Shown in pieces: positions 28,726 through 37,747 of a stretch of DNA of 64,000 nucleotides. Source of the stretch: Clostridiaceae bacterium. GTDB lineage: Bacteria; Bacillota; Clostridia; Oscillospirales; Butyricicoccaceae. A program made the translations under genes and the position numbers. The notes under the pieces are model-generated. The model was not told the DNA's origin, ran no database searches, and saw nothing but the letters and a program-made list of their open reading frames with translations. The stretch spans positions 3,198 to 67,197 of the forward strand of contig JAEDEU010000001.1 of the NCBI GenBank assembly GCA_016293155.1. Reading direction: 5' to 3'. The first letter of the stretch is position 1. Every line of letters begins with the position of its first letter.

Positions 28726-29604
28726 ATGAAGACGAAATTCATCAAGGCTTGTGCACTGGCTGCTGTGGCAGCAATGGCTCTGACTGCCTGCGGCGGCAAT
28801 TCCTCCGGAGAAAACGGCGGCTCCGCTTCCGCTCCGATCACAGTCGTATCCCGTGAGGACGGCTCCGGCACCCGCGGCGCATTCACTGAGCTGATGGGCA
28901 TCCTCGTGGAGGAGGGCGACACCAAGACCGACAATACTACCGTAAACGCTACCATCGCAAACAAGACTGAGGTTGTTATCCAGAATGTCGCAGGCGATCC
29001 GAATGCAATCGGCTACATCTCTCTGGGTTCCCTGAAGGACGGCGTGAAGGCTGTCAAGGTGGACGGCGTTGAGGCAAATGCAGAAAATGTTCTGTCCGGC
29101 GACTATAAGGTAGCACGTCCGTTCAACATCGCAACCAAGGGCGAGCCGACCGGTGTTGCCGCTGACTTTATCAATTTCATCCTGTCCGCCGACGGTCAGG
29201 AGATCGTATCCGACGGCTACATTCCGGTCAACTCCGAGGCGGAGGCGTTTACCTCGGACGGCTCCGAGGGCAAGATCGTGGTAGGCGGTTCCTCGTCTGT
29301 ATCTCCGATCATGGAGAAGCTGGCAGAGGCGTATCAGGCGGTCAACACCAAGGCAACCATTGAATTACAGGAGTCTGACTCCACCACCGGCATGACCTCC
29401 TGCATGGAAGGCACCTACGACATCGGCATGGCATCCCGCGAGCTGAAGGACGACGAGCTGGCACAGCTGACTCCGATTGTCATCGCAAACGACGGCATTG
29501 CGGTCATTGTCAACCCGGAGAATGCGGTTGAGGATCTGACCAGCGAGCAGATTCGTCAGATCTACACCGGCGAGATCGCTGACTGGTCTGAGCTGTCCAA
29601 GTAA
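28726..29604 (+). CDS. pstS: Phosphate ABC transporter substrate-binding lipoprotein PstS
   Basis: Lipobox LTACGG, then the SREDGSGTRGAF and GGSSSVSP phosphate-binding motifs. 292 aa. Precedes pstCAB. Confidence 0.9.
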   Translation: MKTKFIKACALAAVAAMALTACGGNSSGENGGSASAPITVVSREDGSGTRGAFTELMGILVEEGDTKTDNTTVNATIANKTEVVIQNVAGDPNAIGYISLGSLKDGVKAVKVDGVEANAENVLSGDYKVARPFNIATKGEPTGVAADFINFILSADGQEIVSDGYIPVNSEAEAFTSDGSEGKIVVGGSSSVSPIMEKLAEAYQAVNTKATIELQESDSTTGMTSCMEGTYDIGMASRELKDDELAQLTPIVIANDGIAVIVNPENAVEDLTSEQIRQIYTGEIADWSELSK

Positions 29605-29628
29605 CAAAGCAACGCATAGCCAGTAGGA

Positions 29629-29660
29629 TGCGAACGGAACCTTTTTCCGTTCGCATTTTA
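29629..29660 (+). terminator. Intercistronic hairpin between pstS and pstC (partial terminator / mRNA stabiliser)
   Basis: TGCGAACGGA - 7 nt loop - TCCGTTCGCA followed by TTTTA. It lies inside the operon, so read-through is expected. Confidence 0.5.
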
Positions 29661-29677
29661 CGGAAAAGGAGAAAATT

Positions 29678-30541
29678 ATGAAATCCAAATTGATGGAACG
29701 CGGTATGGAGTTCGTGTTCGCGGTCTGTGCGTGCTGTTCCATTGCTGCGGTTGCCCTGATCTGCGTGTTCCTGTTCGCCAACGGTGTTCCGGCGATGGCA
29801 GAGATCGGTGTATTCGATTTTCTGATCGGCACGAAGTGGGCGCCGGGCAATCAGCCGGCAGCCTTCGGCATCCTCCCGATGATCGTCGGCAGCATCTACG
29901 TGACCGCCGGAGCAATCGTTGTCGGTGTACCGATCGGTCTGCTGACCGCGGTCTTTATGGCGCGCTTCTGCCCCAAAAAGCTGTATCCGGTTCTGCATCC
30001 GATGGTAGAGCTGCTGGCGGGCATTCCGTCCATTGTATACGGCTTTTTCGGCATGGCATTTCTGGTGCCGCTGATCCGCAATCTGTACGGCGGAAGCGGT
30101 CAGAGCGTGCTGACGGCATCCATCCTGCTCGGCATTATGATTCTGCCGACCATCATCGGCGGCTCCGAGGCCGCCATCCGTGCGGTTCCGGAAAGCTACT
30201 ATGAAGGCTCTCTGGCGCTGGGCGCGACGCATGAGCGTTCGGTATTCTTTGCGATGCTTCCGGCGGCAAAGTCCGGTATTTTGACCTCCGTTGTGCTCGG
30301 CATCGGACGCGCCATCGGTGAGACCATGGCGGTGATTATGGTTGCCGGCAATGCGCCCGTGATTCCGGGCGGCGTGGGCGACAAGGTGCGCACCATGACG
30401 GCAAACATTGTGATGGAAATGGGCTATGCAACCGGTCTGCACCGCGAGGCGCTGATTGCAACCGGCGTTGTCCTGTTTGTCTTTATTCTTCTGATTAATC
30501 TGTCCGTAACCCTGCTGAGAAACCGAGGTGAAAACGCATGA
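29678..30541 (+). CDS. pstC: Phosphate ABC transporter permease PstC
   Basis: 287-aa, six-TM permease with the EAA-like loop (EGSLALGATHERS). Follows pstS. Confidence 0.9.
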   Translation: MKSKLMERGMEFVFAVCACCSIAAVALICVFLFANGVPAMAEIGVFDFLIGTKWAPGNQPAAFGILPMIVGSIYVTAGAIVVGVPIGLLTAVFMARFCPKKLYPVLHPMVELLAGIPSIVYGFFGMAFLVPLIRNLYGGSGQSVLTASILLGIMILPTIIGGSEAAIRAVPESYYEGSLALGATHERSVFFAMLPAAKSGILTSVVLGIGRAIGETMAVIMVAGNAPVIPGGVGDKVRTMTANIVMEMGYATGLHREALIATGVVLFVFILLINLSVTLLRNRGENA

Positions 30542-31410
30542 GCGAACTGACTGCGGCACTGCCGAAAACCCGAAACCAGAAGGACTGCGAAAAAATCAAA
30601 AGCCCGCTGTCCGTCCTGCTGCGCGTGCTTGTCTGGGGCGCAGCGCTCCTGACCTTCCTTTCCCTGTTTTTCCTCATCGGCTTTATTCTGGTCAAGGGCA
30701 TTCCGAACCTGAAGCCGAGCCTGTTCTCCCTGAACTATACGTCGGAGAACGTATCCATGCTTCCGTCCATCATCAACACGGTAAAAATGCTGCTGCTTGC
30801 ACTGGCGATCTCCGGTCCGATCAGTATCTTCACTGCGATTTATCTGGTGGAATACGCGAAGCGCGGCAATAAGCTGGTAAAGGTCATCCGTATGACGGCG
30901 GAGACACTGGCGGGCATTCCGTCCATCGTGTACGGCCTGTTCGGCGCGCTGTTCTTCGTCGGCGCACTGAAGTGGGATCTGTCCCTGATGGCAGGTGCCA
31001 TGACGCTGGCGATCATGGTTCTGCCGCTTATCATGCGCAACACGGAGGAGGCGCTCATGAGTGTTCCGGACGCCTACCGTGAGGCGAGCTTCGGTCTGGG
31101 CGCGGGCAGACTGCGCACCATCTTCCGCATCATTCTGCCGGCCGCTGTGCCGGGCATCCTCTCCGGCGTGATTCTGGCAATCGGACGCATCGTCGGTGAG
31201 ACAGCAGCACTGCTGTATACCGCAGGCACGGCAACCAAGCTGGGCGGCGTGATGGATTCCGGACGCACGCTGGCGGTGCATATGTACTCGCTCTCCGGCG
31301 AGGGTCTGCATACCAATGAGGCGTATGCAACGGCGGTTGTCCTGCTGGTTACTGTACTGATTATCAATGCGCTGTCTTCGCTGGCCGCGAAGAAGCTGAC
31401 CAAGGCATAA
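30538..31410 (+). CDS. pstA: Phosphate ABC transporter permease PstA
   Basis: 290-aa permease ([21 protein letters not shown]). ATGA overlap with pstC. Confidence 0.9.
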   Translation: MSELTAALPKTRNQKDCEKIKSPLSVLLRVLVWGAALLTFLSLFFLIGFILVKGIPNLKPSLFSLNYTSENVSMLPSIINTVKMLLLALAISGPISIFTAIYLVEYAKRGNKLVKVIRMTAETLAGIPSIVYGLFGALFFVGALKWDLSLMAGAMTLAIMVLPLIMRNTEEALMSVPDAYREASFGLGAGRLRTIFRIILPAAVPGILSGVILAIGRIVGETAALLYTAGTATKLGGVMDSGRTLAVHMYSLSGEGLHTNEAYATAVVLLVTVLIINALSSLAAKKLTKA

Positions 31411-31423
31411 AAGGAGTCATTCC

Positions 31424-32197
31424 ATGAGCAATACTGCGATCAATCATAAAACCAAATTTTCTATATCCGATCTGGATTTGTACTATACCCAGTTCCACGC
31501 ACTCAAAAACATCAATCTGGACATTCCGGAGCGTCAGGTCACGGCTTTTATCGGACCGTCCGGCTGCGGCAAGTCCACCCTGCTCAAGACGCTCAACCGC
31601 ATGAACGATCTGGTTGAGGGCTGCCGCATCGAGGGCAGAGTCACCCTGGACGAGGAGGATATTTTTGGCGCAATGGATGTGAACCTGCTGCGCCGCCGCG
31701 TCGGCATGGTGTTCCAGAAGCCGAATCCGTTTCCGATGAGCATCTATGACAACATCGCCTACGGTCCGCGCACCCACGGCATCAAAAAACGTTCTCAGCT
31801 GGACGAGATCGTGGAAAAGAGCCTGCGTCAGGCGGCAATCTGGGACGAGGTCAAGGATCGTCTTGGCAAGTCCGCGCTGGGCATGTCCGGCGGACAGCAG
31901 CAGAGACTGTGCATCGCCCGCGCACTGGCGGTTGAGCCGGAGGTTCTGCTGATGGATGAGCCGACCTCCGCACTCGACCCGATCTCTACATCCAAGGTTG
32001 AGGATCTGGTACAGGAGCTGCGGGACGATTACACCATCGTGATGGTGACCCACAATATGCAGCAGGCAACCCGTGTGTCCGACAACACTGCATTCTTCCT
32101 GCTGGGCGAGGTCGTGGAGTACGACCGCACCGAAAAGCTGTTCTCGATGCCGAACGACAAGCGCACCGAGGATTACATCAGCGGACGCTTCGGCTGA
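31424..32197 (+). CDS. pstB: Phosphate ABC transporter ATPase PstB
   Basis: Walker [10 protein letters not shown], signature [14 protein letters not shown], Walker [12 protein letters not shown]. 257 aa. Confidence 0.95.
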   Translation: MSNTAINHKTKFSISDLDLYYTQFHALKNINLDIPERQVTAFIGPSGCGKSTLLKTLNRMNDLVEGCRIEGRVTLDEEDIFGAMDVNLLRRRVGMVFQKPNPFPMSIYDNIAYGPRTHGIKKRSQLDEIVEKSLRQAAIWDEVKDRLGKSALGMSGGQQQRLCIARALAVEPEVLLMDEPTSALDPISTSKVEDLVQELRDDYTIVMVTHNMQQATRVSDNTAFFLLGEVVEYDRTEKLFSMPNDKRTEDYISGRFG

Positions 32198-32215
32198 TAC
32201 GGGGAGGAAAATATC

Positions 32216-32878
32216 ATGCGAAACAGATTTGACAAGCAGCTGACAGAGATGAACCATGAGCTGATGAGCATGGCAATGCTGGTCGAAAGCTCGATTTCCA
32301 TGGCGGTTGCCGCAATGCAGCAGAACGATGCCGAGCTGGCGAAGAACATTATTCTCAAGGATGACGAAATCGACCATAAGGAGCGCGAGATTGAGCGCAT
32401 GTGCTTCATGCTGCTGCTGTCCCAGCAGCCGGTGGCGGGCGATCTGCGTTCGATTTCCACCGTGCTCAAGATGCTGACCGATCTTGAACGCATCGGTGAC
32501 CACGCATCGGACATCTCCGAAATCACCGTGATGAATGCGGACAAGGCGCTGGAGCTCCCGGAATACATCCCCCAAATGGCGGAAACGGCGGGGCTGATGG
32601 TGCGCAACGCGATTGACGCATTTATCCAGAAGGATCTGGTCAAGGCGCGCTCGGTGATCCGCAATGACGACATCGTGGATGACCTGTTCCTCGCGCTGAG
32701 AAACGAGCTGATTGACAGCATCCGCACCCGCGGGAATACGCTGGACGGCGAGCAGACGCTGGATATGCTGATGGTGGGCAAATACTTTGAACGCATCGGT
32801 GACCATGCGGTGAATATTGCCGAGTGGGTTGTATTTGATATCACCGGCAGACACAAGGACGATACGGTCGCGGGCTGA
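32216..32878 (+). CDS. phoU: Phosphate signalling complex protein PhoU
   Basis: 220 aa with two PhoU repeats, each ending in a (L/F)ERIGDHA motif (DLERIGDHASD and YFERIGDHAVN). Confidence 0.9.
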   Translation: MRNRFDKQLTEMNHELMSMAMLVESSISMAVAAMQQNDAELAKNIILKDDEIDHKEREIERMCFMLLLSQQPVAGDLRSISTVLKMLTDLERIGDHASDISEITVMNADKALELPEYIPQMAETAGLMVRNAIDAFIQKDLVKARSVIRNDDIVDDLFLALRNELIDSIRTRGNTLDGEQTLDMLMVGKYFERIGDHAVNIAEWVVFDITGRHKDDTVAG

Positions 32879-32907
32879 TTTTACAAATAAGGTGCACGAA
32901 AACAGCA

Positions 32908-32944
32908 AAAGACTTTGGGATATCTGCCCGAAGTCTTTCTTTTG
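32908..32944 (+). terminator. Intrinsic terminator after phoU
   Basis: AAAGACTTTGGG - 7 nt - CCCGAAGTCTTT (one G-U pair) followed by CTTTTG. Confidence 0.7.
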
Positions 32945-32952
32945 TGCGCTGT

Positions 32953-33008
32953 TTTACACAGATTTTACAATATGGAAAATTGAGATTTTACATTGCGCCT
33001 GTTATACT
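32953..33008 (+). promoter_or_regulatory. Promoter of the response-regulator/kinase pair with phased Pho boxes
   Basis: TTTACA at 32953, 32964 (11-bp spacing) and 32987. TATACT -10 lies at 33003-33008. Confidence 0.6.
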
Positions 33009-33052
33009 ATAACCGAGATCGTGTTATTGGAACAACTGAAAGAGGGAGCAAT

Positions 33053-33739
33053 ATGCAGAAATTAAAGGTTGCCATTGTAGAGGATGACGAGAGCATCCGA
33101 AATCTGGTGCAGTACGCGCTGGAAAACAGTGGAATGGAGGTAAGCAGCTACTGTGACGGCCGCGCATTTACCGAATCGCTGAGCAGACAGATTCCGCAGA
33201 TTCTGCTGCTGGATATCATGCTGCCGGATGAGGACGGCATTTCCATCCTGCGCCGCCTCAAGAGCGATGCGGCAACCGCACAGCTGCCGGTGATTATGCT
33301 GACCGCAAAGTCCGGCGAGTTTGATAAGGTACAGTGTCTGGACAGCGGCGCGGATGACTATGTGGTCAAGCCGTTCGGCGTGATGGAGCTGATCTCGCGC
33401 ATCCGTGCGCTGGCGCGCCGCTCCAATCTGGAGGCGCAGGATCATCTGCTCACCTGCGGCGGCATCTCGGTGGACATTCCGCGCCATCGCGTCTGGTCGT
33501 CCGGGGAGGAGGTACAGCTGACGCTCAAGGAATTTGACCTGCTTGCGCTGCTGATGAGCAATCGCGGCGTGGTGCTCAACCGAGACCGCATTATGAGTGC
33601 GGTCTGGAGCTGTGACTTTGAGGGCGAGACCCGAACGATTGATATCCACGTCAATACGCTGCGCAAAAAGCTGGGCGAAAACGGCGCGCTGATCCAGACC
33701 GTCCGCGGCATCGGATATAAGGTCAGTGACGGACAATGA
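33053..33739 (+). CDS. phoP: OmpR/PhoB-family response regulator (likely Pho regulon activator)
   Basis: Receiver domain (VAIVEDDESI, LLLDIMLPDEDG, MLTAK) plus a winged-helix output domain (TLKEFDLLALL, VRGIGYK). AGAGGGAG RBS. Located between pst-phoU and the kinase. Confidence 0.8.
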   Translation: MQKLKVAIVEDDESIRNLVQYALENSGMEVSSYCDGRAFTESLSRQIPQILLLDIMLPDEDGISILRRLKSDAATAQLPVIMLTAKSGEFDKVQCLDSGADDYVVKPFGVMELISRIRALARRSNLEAQDHLLTCGGISVDIPRHRVWSSGEEVQLTLKEFDLLALLMSNRGVVLNRDRIMSAVWSCDFEGETRTIDIHVNTLRKKLGENGALIQTVRGIGYKVSDGQ

Positions 33740-35445
33740 GAAAACGAATTTATCGGTCGCTGTGTATGGTAGGCATCGTCGGCGTGCTGCTGACGGCAGT
33801 GCTGTCCGCGATTGTGTCCTTCCAGCTGACGGCGGATATCACACGACAGGATGTGCGCGAAATGGCGGATATTCTGTCCGGAATTTATGACGATATCGAC
33901 CCGCAGGACGAGGCGGGGGTTGAGCGGCTGCTCAGCTCGGTGCCGGAAAATGTCCGCGTGTCCTATATCGGTTCGGACGGCACCGTCCTGTATGACTCTG
34001 CGGGCGACACCCGTCTGATGAACAATCACAGGAACCGCCAGGAGATCGAACAGGCGCAGGAAAACGGCACCGGTCAGGCATCCCGTCTCTCGGACACGCT
34101 GGGAAACTACACCTACTATTATGCAGTGCGGCTGGATGACGGTACGGTGCTGCGTCTGGCAACAGCCTATTCCGGCATCTGGGCGGGCTTTAGCCGCTCG
34201 GGCATCATCACGGTGCTGCTGATCGTTGTGGTGGTATTCTGTGCGCTCAAGATTTCCAAGCGTATGACGCAGCGGCTTCTGATGCCGGTGGAGCAGGTGG
34301 CAGTGGATCTGGAAAACATCAACGAGGATCTGGTTTATGAGGAACTGGTTCCGTTTTTGACCAAAATCCGCCGTCAGCGCGAGGAGATTGAGGAGCAGAT
34401 TGCCGGTCTCCAGATGCAGCGCGACACCATCAGCGTGATTACCAAGAGCATGAAGGAGGGACTGGTGTTCCTGTCCTCCCGTCGTGTTATTTTGAGCATT
34501 AATCAGAGCGCCATCCGCCTGCTCACCGGGCGCAAGGTGATGGATAAGTACAGCGTGGTCGGCAGGGAGCTGATGATGCTCAGCCGCCTGCCGGAGCTGA
34601 ATGAGAGCGTGGATCGGGCACTGGAGGGCAAGTCCGCGGATGCGGCGATTCATGTGCGCGGACGCATCCTGCATGTGTTTGCCAATCCGGCGTCGATCGG
34701 GGATGAGGTGGATGGAGCTGTGGTCGTGATTATTGATGAAACCGAACGCCGTCTGGCAGAGCAGATGCGGCAGGAGTTTTCCGCCAACGTATCGCATGAG
34801 CTGAAAACGCCGCTGACGTCGATTTCCGGCTATGCGGAAATGATGGAGTGCGGACTGGTATCCTCGGAGAAGGATATGAAGGAATTTGCCGCACGCATCC
34901 ATAAGGAGGCGCTGCGCCTGATTGCGCTGATTGAGGACATTATCCGCCTGTCGCGCATCGAGGAGAGCGGCACAGCGAGCTTCATCCCGTGCAGTCTGCG
35001 GGAGATCGCCGCATCCGCCGTGGACTCGCTCCAGACGGTAGCGGAGCGCGACAGCGTCACGCTCACACTGTCCGGAGAAGCCGGACTGGTCTGCGGAGAC
35101 TCCGTGATGCTGTATGAGCTGATTTACAATCTGACCGAAAATGCCATCAAATACAACCGGGTCGGCGGAAAGGTGGATGTGAGCATCCGGGAGGAAAATG
35201 ACCGCGCGGTGTTCTGTGTCAAGGATACCGGCGTGGGCATTCCGGAGGACTCACAGCGGCGCGTCTTTGAGCGCTTTTACCGCGTGGACAAGAGCCGCTC
35301 CAAGCTGACCGGCGGCACCGGTCTGGGGCTGTCCATCGTCAAGCACATCGCGGAGCGCCACGGCGCACGCATCGAGCTGCACAGCACCTACGGCGTAGGC
35401 ACGGAGATTTCCGTATTCTTCCCGCTGATGGAACAGAAAGAGTAA
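33736..35445 (+). CDS. phoR: PhoR-like sensor histidine kinase
   Basis: Two TM segments, a PAS-like region, H-box FSANVSHELKTPLTSI, N-box NLTENAIKYN, G-boxes DTGVGIP and GGTGLGLSIV. ATGA overlap with the regulator. Confidence 0.8.
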   Translation: MRKRIYRSLCMVGIVGVLLTAVLSAIVSFQLTADITRQDVREMADILSGIYDDIDPQDEAGVERLLSSVPENVRVSYIGSDGTVLYDSAGDTRLMNNHRNRQEIEQAQENGTGQASRLSDTLGNYTYYYAVRLDDGTVLRLATAYSGIWAGFSRSGIITVLLIVVVVFCALKISKRMTQRLLMPVEQVAVDLENINEDLVYEELVPFLTKIRRQREEIEEQIAGLQMQRDTISVITKSMKEGLVFLSSRRVILSINQSAIRLLTGRKVMDKYSVVGRELMMLSRLPELNESVDRALEGKSADAAIHVRGRILHVFANPASIGDEVDGAVVVIIDETERRLAEQMRQEFSANVSHELKTPLTSISGYAEMMECGLVSSEKDMKEFAARIHKEALRLIALIEDIIRLSRIEESGTASFIPCSLREIAASAVDSLQTVAERDSVTLTLSGEAGLVCGDSVMLYELIYNLTENAIKYNRVGGKVDVSIREENDRAVFCVKDTGVGIPEDSQRRVFERFYRVDKSRSKLTGGTGLGLSIVKHIAERHGARIELHSTYGVGTEISVFFPLMEQKE

Positions 35446-35446
35446 C

Positions 35447-35478
35447 AAAGGGCAGCCACAAGCGGGCTGCCCTTTCTC
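35447..35478 (+). terminator. Terminator hairpin after phoR
   Basis: AAAGGGCAGCC - 7 nt - GGCTGCCCTTT followed by a short T tract (weak U-run). Confidence 0.6.
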
Positions 35479-35487
35479 ATATGTATG

Positions 35488-35517
35488 CAAAAATCCCTCT
35501 GCCAAAGCAGAGGGATT
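35488..35517 (-). terminator. Intrinsic terminator of the Na/Pi symporter gene
   Basis: Minus strand reads AATCCCTCTGC-TTTG-GCAGAGGGATT followed by TTTTG, 5 nt after the stop. Confidence 0.75.
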
Positions 35518-35521
35518 GCGT

Positions 35522-37291
35522 TTATGCCGGATCGTTCAGTGTTTCCAGATAACGGCGGGAGAATGCCGCCATTTCCTTGTCGAAGAGCTCCTGATTGCTT
35601 TCCTTGTAGCTGTGGGTGTCGAATTTCTCCGCGCCCTCGCTCAGCTGAATGGTGTAAACATTGATGTTGTAGCAGTGGTCGGAGATCTTTTCCAGATCGT
35701 GGATGAAGTCCAAAAAGTTCAGACCGGTGATGACCTGACATTCGCCCTGGTTCAGGCGGTCAATGTGGCGGCTCTTGAGCAGACCCTCGCAGATGTCAAT
35801 GACATCCTCCAGCGGCAGAACGGATTTTGCGATATCGCTCGAACGGGTCTGATATGCCTCAACCGTCTTGGTCAGCATTTCGCTGACTGCGGCGATAATG
35901 ATTTGAAGCTCATGATGCGCACCCGGAGAGAACGACAGATCATCCGAACGGAAGCGCTGCAAGCGGGAATAGATGTTTTCGCAGTAATCGCCGATTTTTT
36001 CGAAGTCGGTGATGGCATGGAGCATCTGGGTATGCAGATGGCGCGAGCCGACCGGCATCTGGCTGCTCGGCAGACCCATCAGGTACTTGCCGATTTCAAC
36101 CTCCGCCACATCAATGAATTCTTCATTTTTATTAAAGGCTTCCTCGTCCAGCGGGGCATTCTTGTCCAGCAGAGCGGCGGATACAAGATTGAAGTTGGTC
36201 TGTGCTGCGGAGGCCATGCTGCCGATGCAGCGGTGGGACTGCTCCAGTGCAACCGTCGGAGTCTTGTAAAAGCGCGGATCCAGCGGAGCCAGCGGGGACT
36301 TCTCCTCCACCTCGTCCTTGATGGTCAGCTCTGCCAGCTTGACCAGAACACCGTTGAGCGGGATAAAGATCAAAGTAGCGACGAGATTGAAGATCAGGTG
36401 GAAGTTTGCAATGCCGCCCTTGTCGATTGCGGAATCCCAGAACGAGAAGCCGATAAAGGACTGATAGGCATAGACACCGATCAGGAAGAGCAGGGTGCCG
36501 AGGAAGTTGAAGTACAGATGAATCATCGAAGCGCGGCGCGCATTTTTGGTTGCGCCGATCGAGGACAGCAGCGCGGTCACACAGGTACCGATGTTCTGAC
36601 CCAGAATGATCGGAATGGCAGCGGAATACGAGATCATGCCCGTTGTGGACAGCGCCTGTAGAATACCGATGGAAGCGGACGAGCTCTGCACGGCTGCGGT
36701 GACGATTACGCCGACCAGTACGCCCATGACCGGATTGGAGAAGCGGGTAAACAGCTGCTGGAACTCCGGAATGTCACGCAGGGGAGTGAGTGCACCCTCC
36801 ATGGTTGCCATACCGATGAACAGCACGCCGAAGCCGATCAGGATATCGCCGATGTTGCGCTTGGTCTTGTTGTTGCCTGCGGTGACAATCACAATGACAC
36901 CGATAAAGACCAGAATATAACACAGGTTGGACGGCTTGAGCACCGACATGATGATGGAGGAGCCTGCATCGCCCGAGCCGAGACGGAGCAGCTGGGAGGT
37001 GACTGTGGTACCGATGTTGGCACCCAGGATCACGCCGACACACTGCTTCAGGTTCATGATACCGGCATTGACGAAGCCCACGACCATGACTGTGGTGGCA
37101 GAGGAGCTTTGGATGACGGCGGTAACCGCAATACCCATGAGCAGGGCGCGGAATACCGTACCGGTCATTTTTTCCAGGATGCGTTCCAGCTTCGCGCCTG
37201 CCGCGCGTTCCAGACCGCCGCTCATCGTCGTCATGCCGTAGATAAACAGGGCAAGACCGCCGACCAGCCGAATGATTGATAAAATGTCCAT
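35522..37291 (-). CDS. Na+/phosphate symporter family protein with C-terminal PhoU-like domain
   Basis: 589 aa. The N-terminal half has duplicated Na/Pi-cotransporter repeats (AVIQSSSATTVMVVGF and AAVQSSSASIGILQAL). The C-terminal half is soluble and helical with PhoU-like repeats (FEKIGDYCE, LEKISDHC). Confidence 0.85.
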   Translation of the reverse strand: MDILSIIRLVGGLALFIYGMTTMSGGLERAAGAKLERILEKMTGTVFRALLMGIAVTAVIQSSSATTVMVVGFVNAGIMNLKQCVGVILGANIGTTVTSQLLRLGSGDAGSSIIMSVLKPSNLCYILVFIGVIVIVTAGNNKTKRNIGDILIGFGVLFIGMATMEGALTPLRDIPEFQQLFTRFSNPVMGVLVGVIVTAAVQSSSASIGILQALSTTGMISYSAAIPIILGQNIGTCVTALLSSIGATKNARRASMIHLYFNFLGTLLFLIGVYAYQSFIGFSFWDSAIDKGGIANFHLIFNLVATLIFIPLNGVLVKLAELTIKDEVEEKSPLAPLDPRFYKTPTVALEQSHRCIGSMASAAQTNFNLVSAALLDKNAPLDEEAFNKNEEFIDVAEVEIGKYLMGLPSSQMPVGSRHLHTQMLHAITDFEKIGDYCENIYSRLQRFRSDDLSFSPGAHHELQIIIAAVSEMLTKTVEAYQTRSSDIAKSVLPLEDVIDICEGLLKSRHIDRLNQGECQVITGLNFLDFIHDLEKISDHCYNINVYTIQLSEGAEKFDTHSYKESNQELFDKEMAAFSRRYLETLNDPA

Positions 37292-37389
37292 AATGTGATT
37301 CCTTTTTCAAATTTCTTCTGTGTGTTCTCTTGCGGCAGAGAACACAGCTGCGTTCCCTGCCATCCATTACTAACTATAACATGATACTT

Positions 37390-37440
37390 ATTTTACACAA
37401 ACCAACAAAGCGTCAATTTTATGTAAAATCCATGTAAAGT
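37390..37440 (-). promoter_or_regulatory. Promoter of the Na/Pi symporter gene with three 11-bp-phased Pho boxes
   Basis: Minus strand reads TTTACA (37438-37433), TTTACA (37427-37422) and TTGACG (37416-37411), then TAAAAT -10 (37395-37390). Confidence 0.55.
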
Positions 37441-37700
37441 TTCCGGAAAGTCTGTCTTCTTTCCGCACCTATTTTATTATATCGGATTTGAATCTAAAAT
37501 GCTATATTAAAATCAATTGTTCCACGTAGAAGTCGAAAAAATGAATTTTTGCAGGCGGATAGCTGTAAAAAATAAGAAAATAATCTGTTTCGCACACAGA
37601 AAAACAAAGGTTACTGCACGGAATTATGAAAACGATTTCCTTTATATTGTACAATATGCACAAAAAACGGGCGGGATATACCTGCTCTGTAAAAGACAGA

Positions 37701-37733
37701 CGAAAAGCCGCTGACGGAAATCCGTCAGCGGCG
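37701..37733 (-). terminator. Intrinsic terminator after glnS
   Basis: Minus strand reads GCCGCTGACGG-ATTT-CCGTCAGCGGC followed by TTTTCG. Confidence 0.8.
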
Positions 37734-37747
37734 GTAAAAATGCGGGA

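Noticed and set aside
37517-37714. 65-aa plus-strand ORF in the 456-bp AT-rich gap between the Na/Pi symporter gene and glnS
   Set aside because: No RBS and an atypical K/N/I-rich composition. It runs into the glnS terminator. Beyond the Pho-box promoter, the gap has no structure that I could support as an sRNA.
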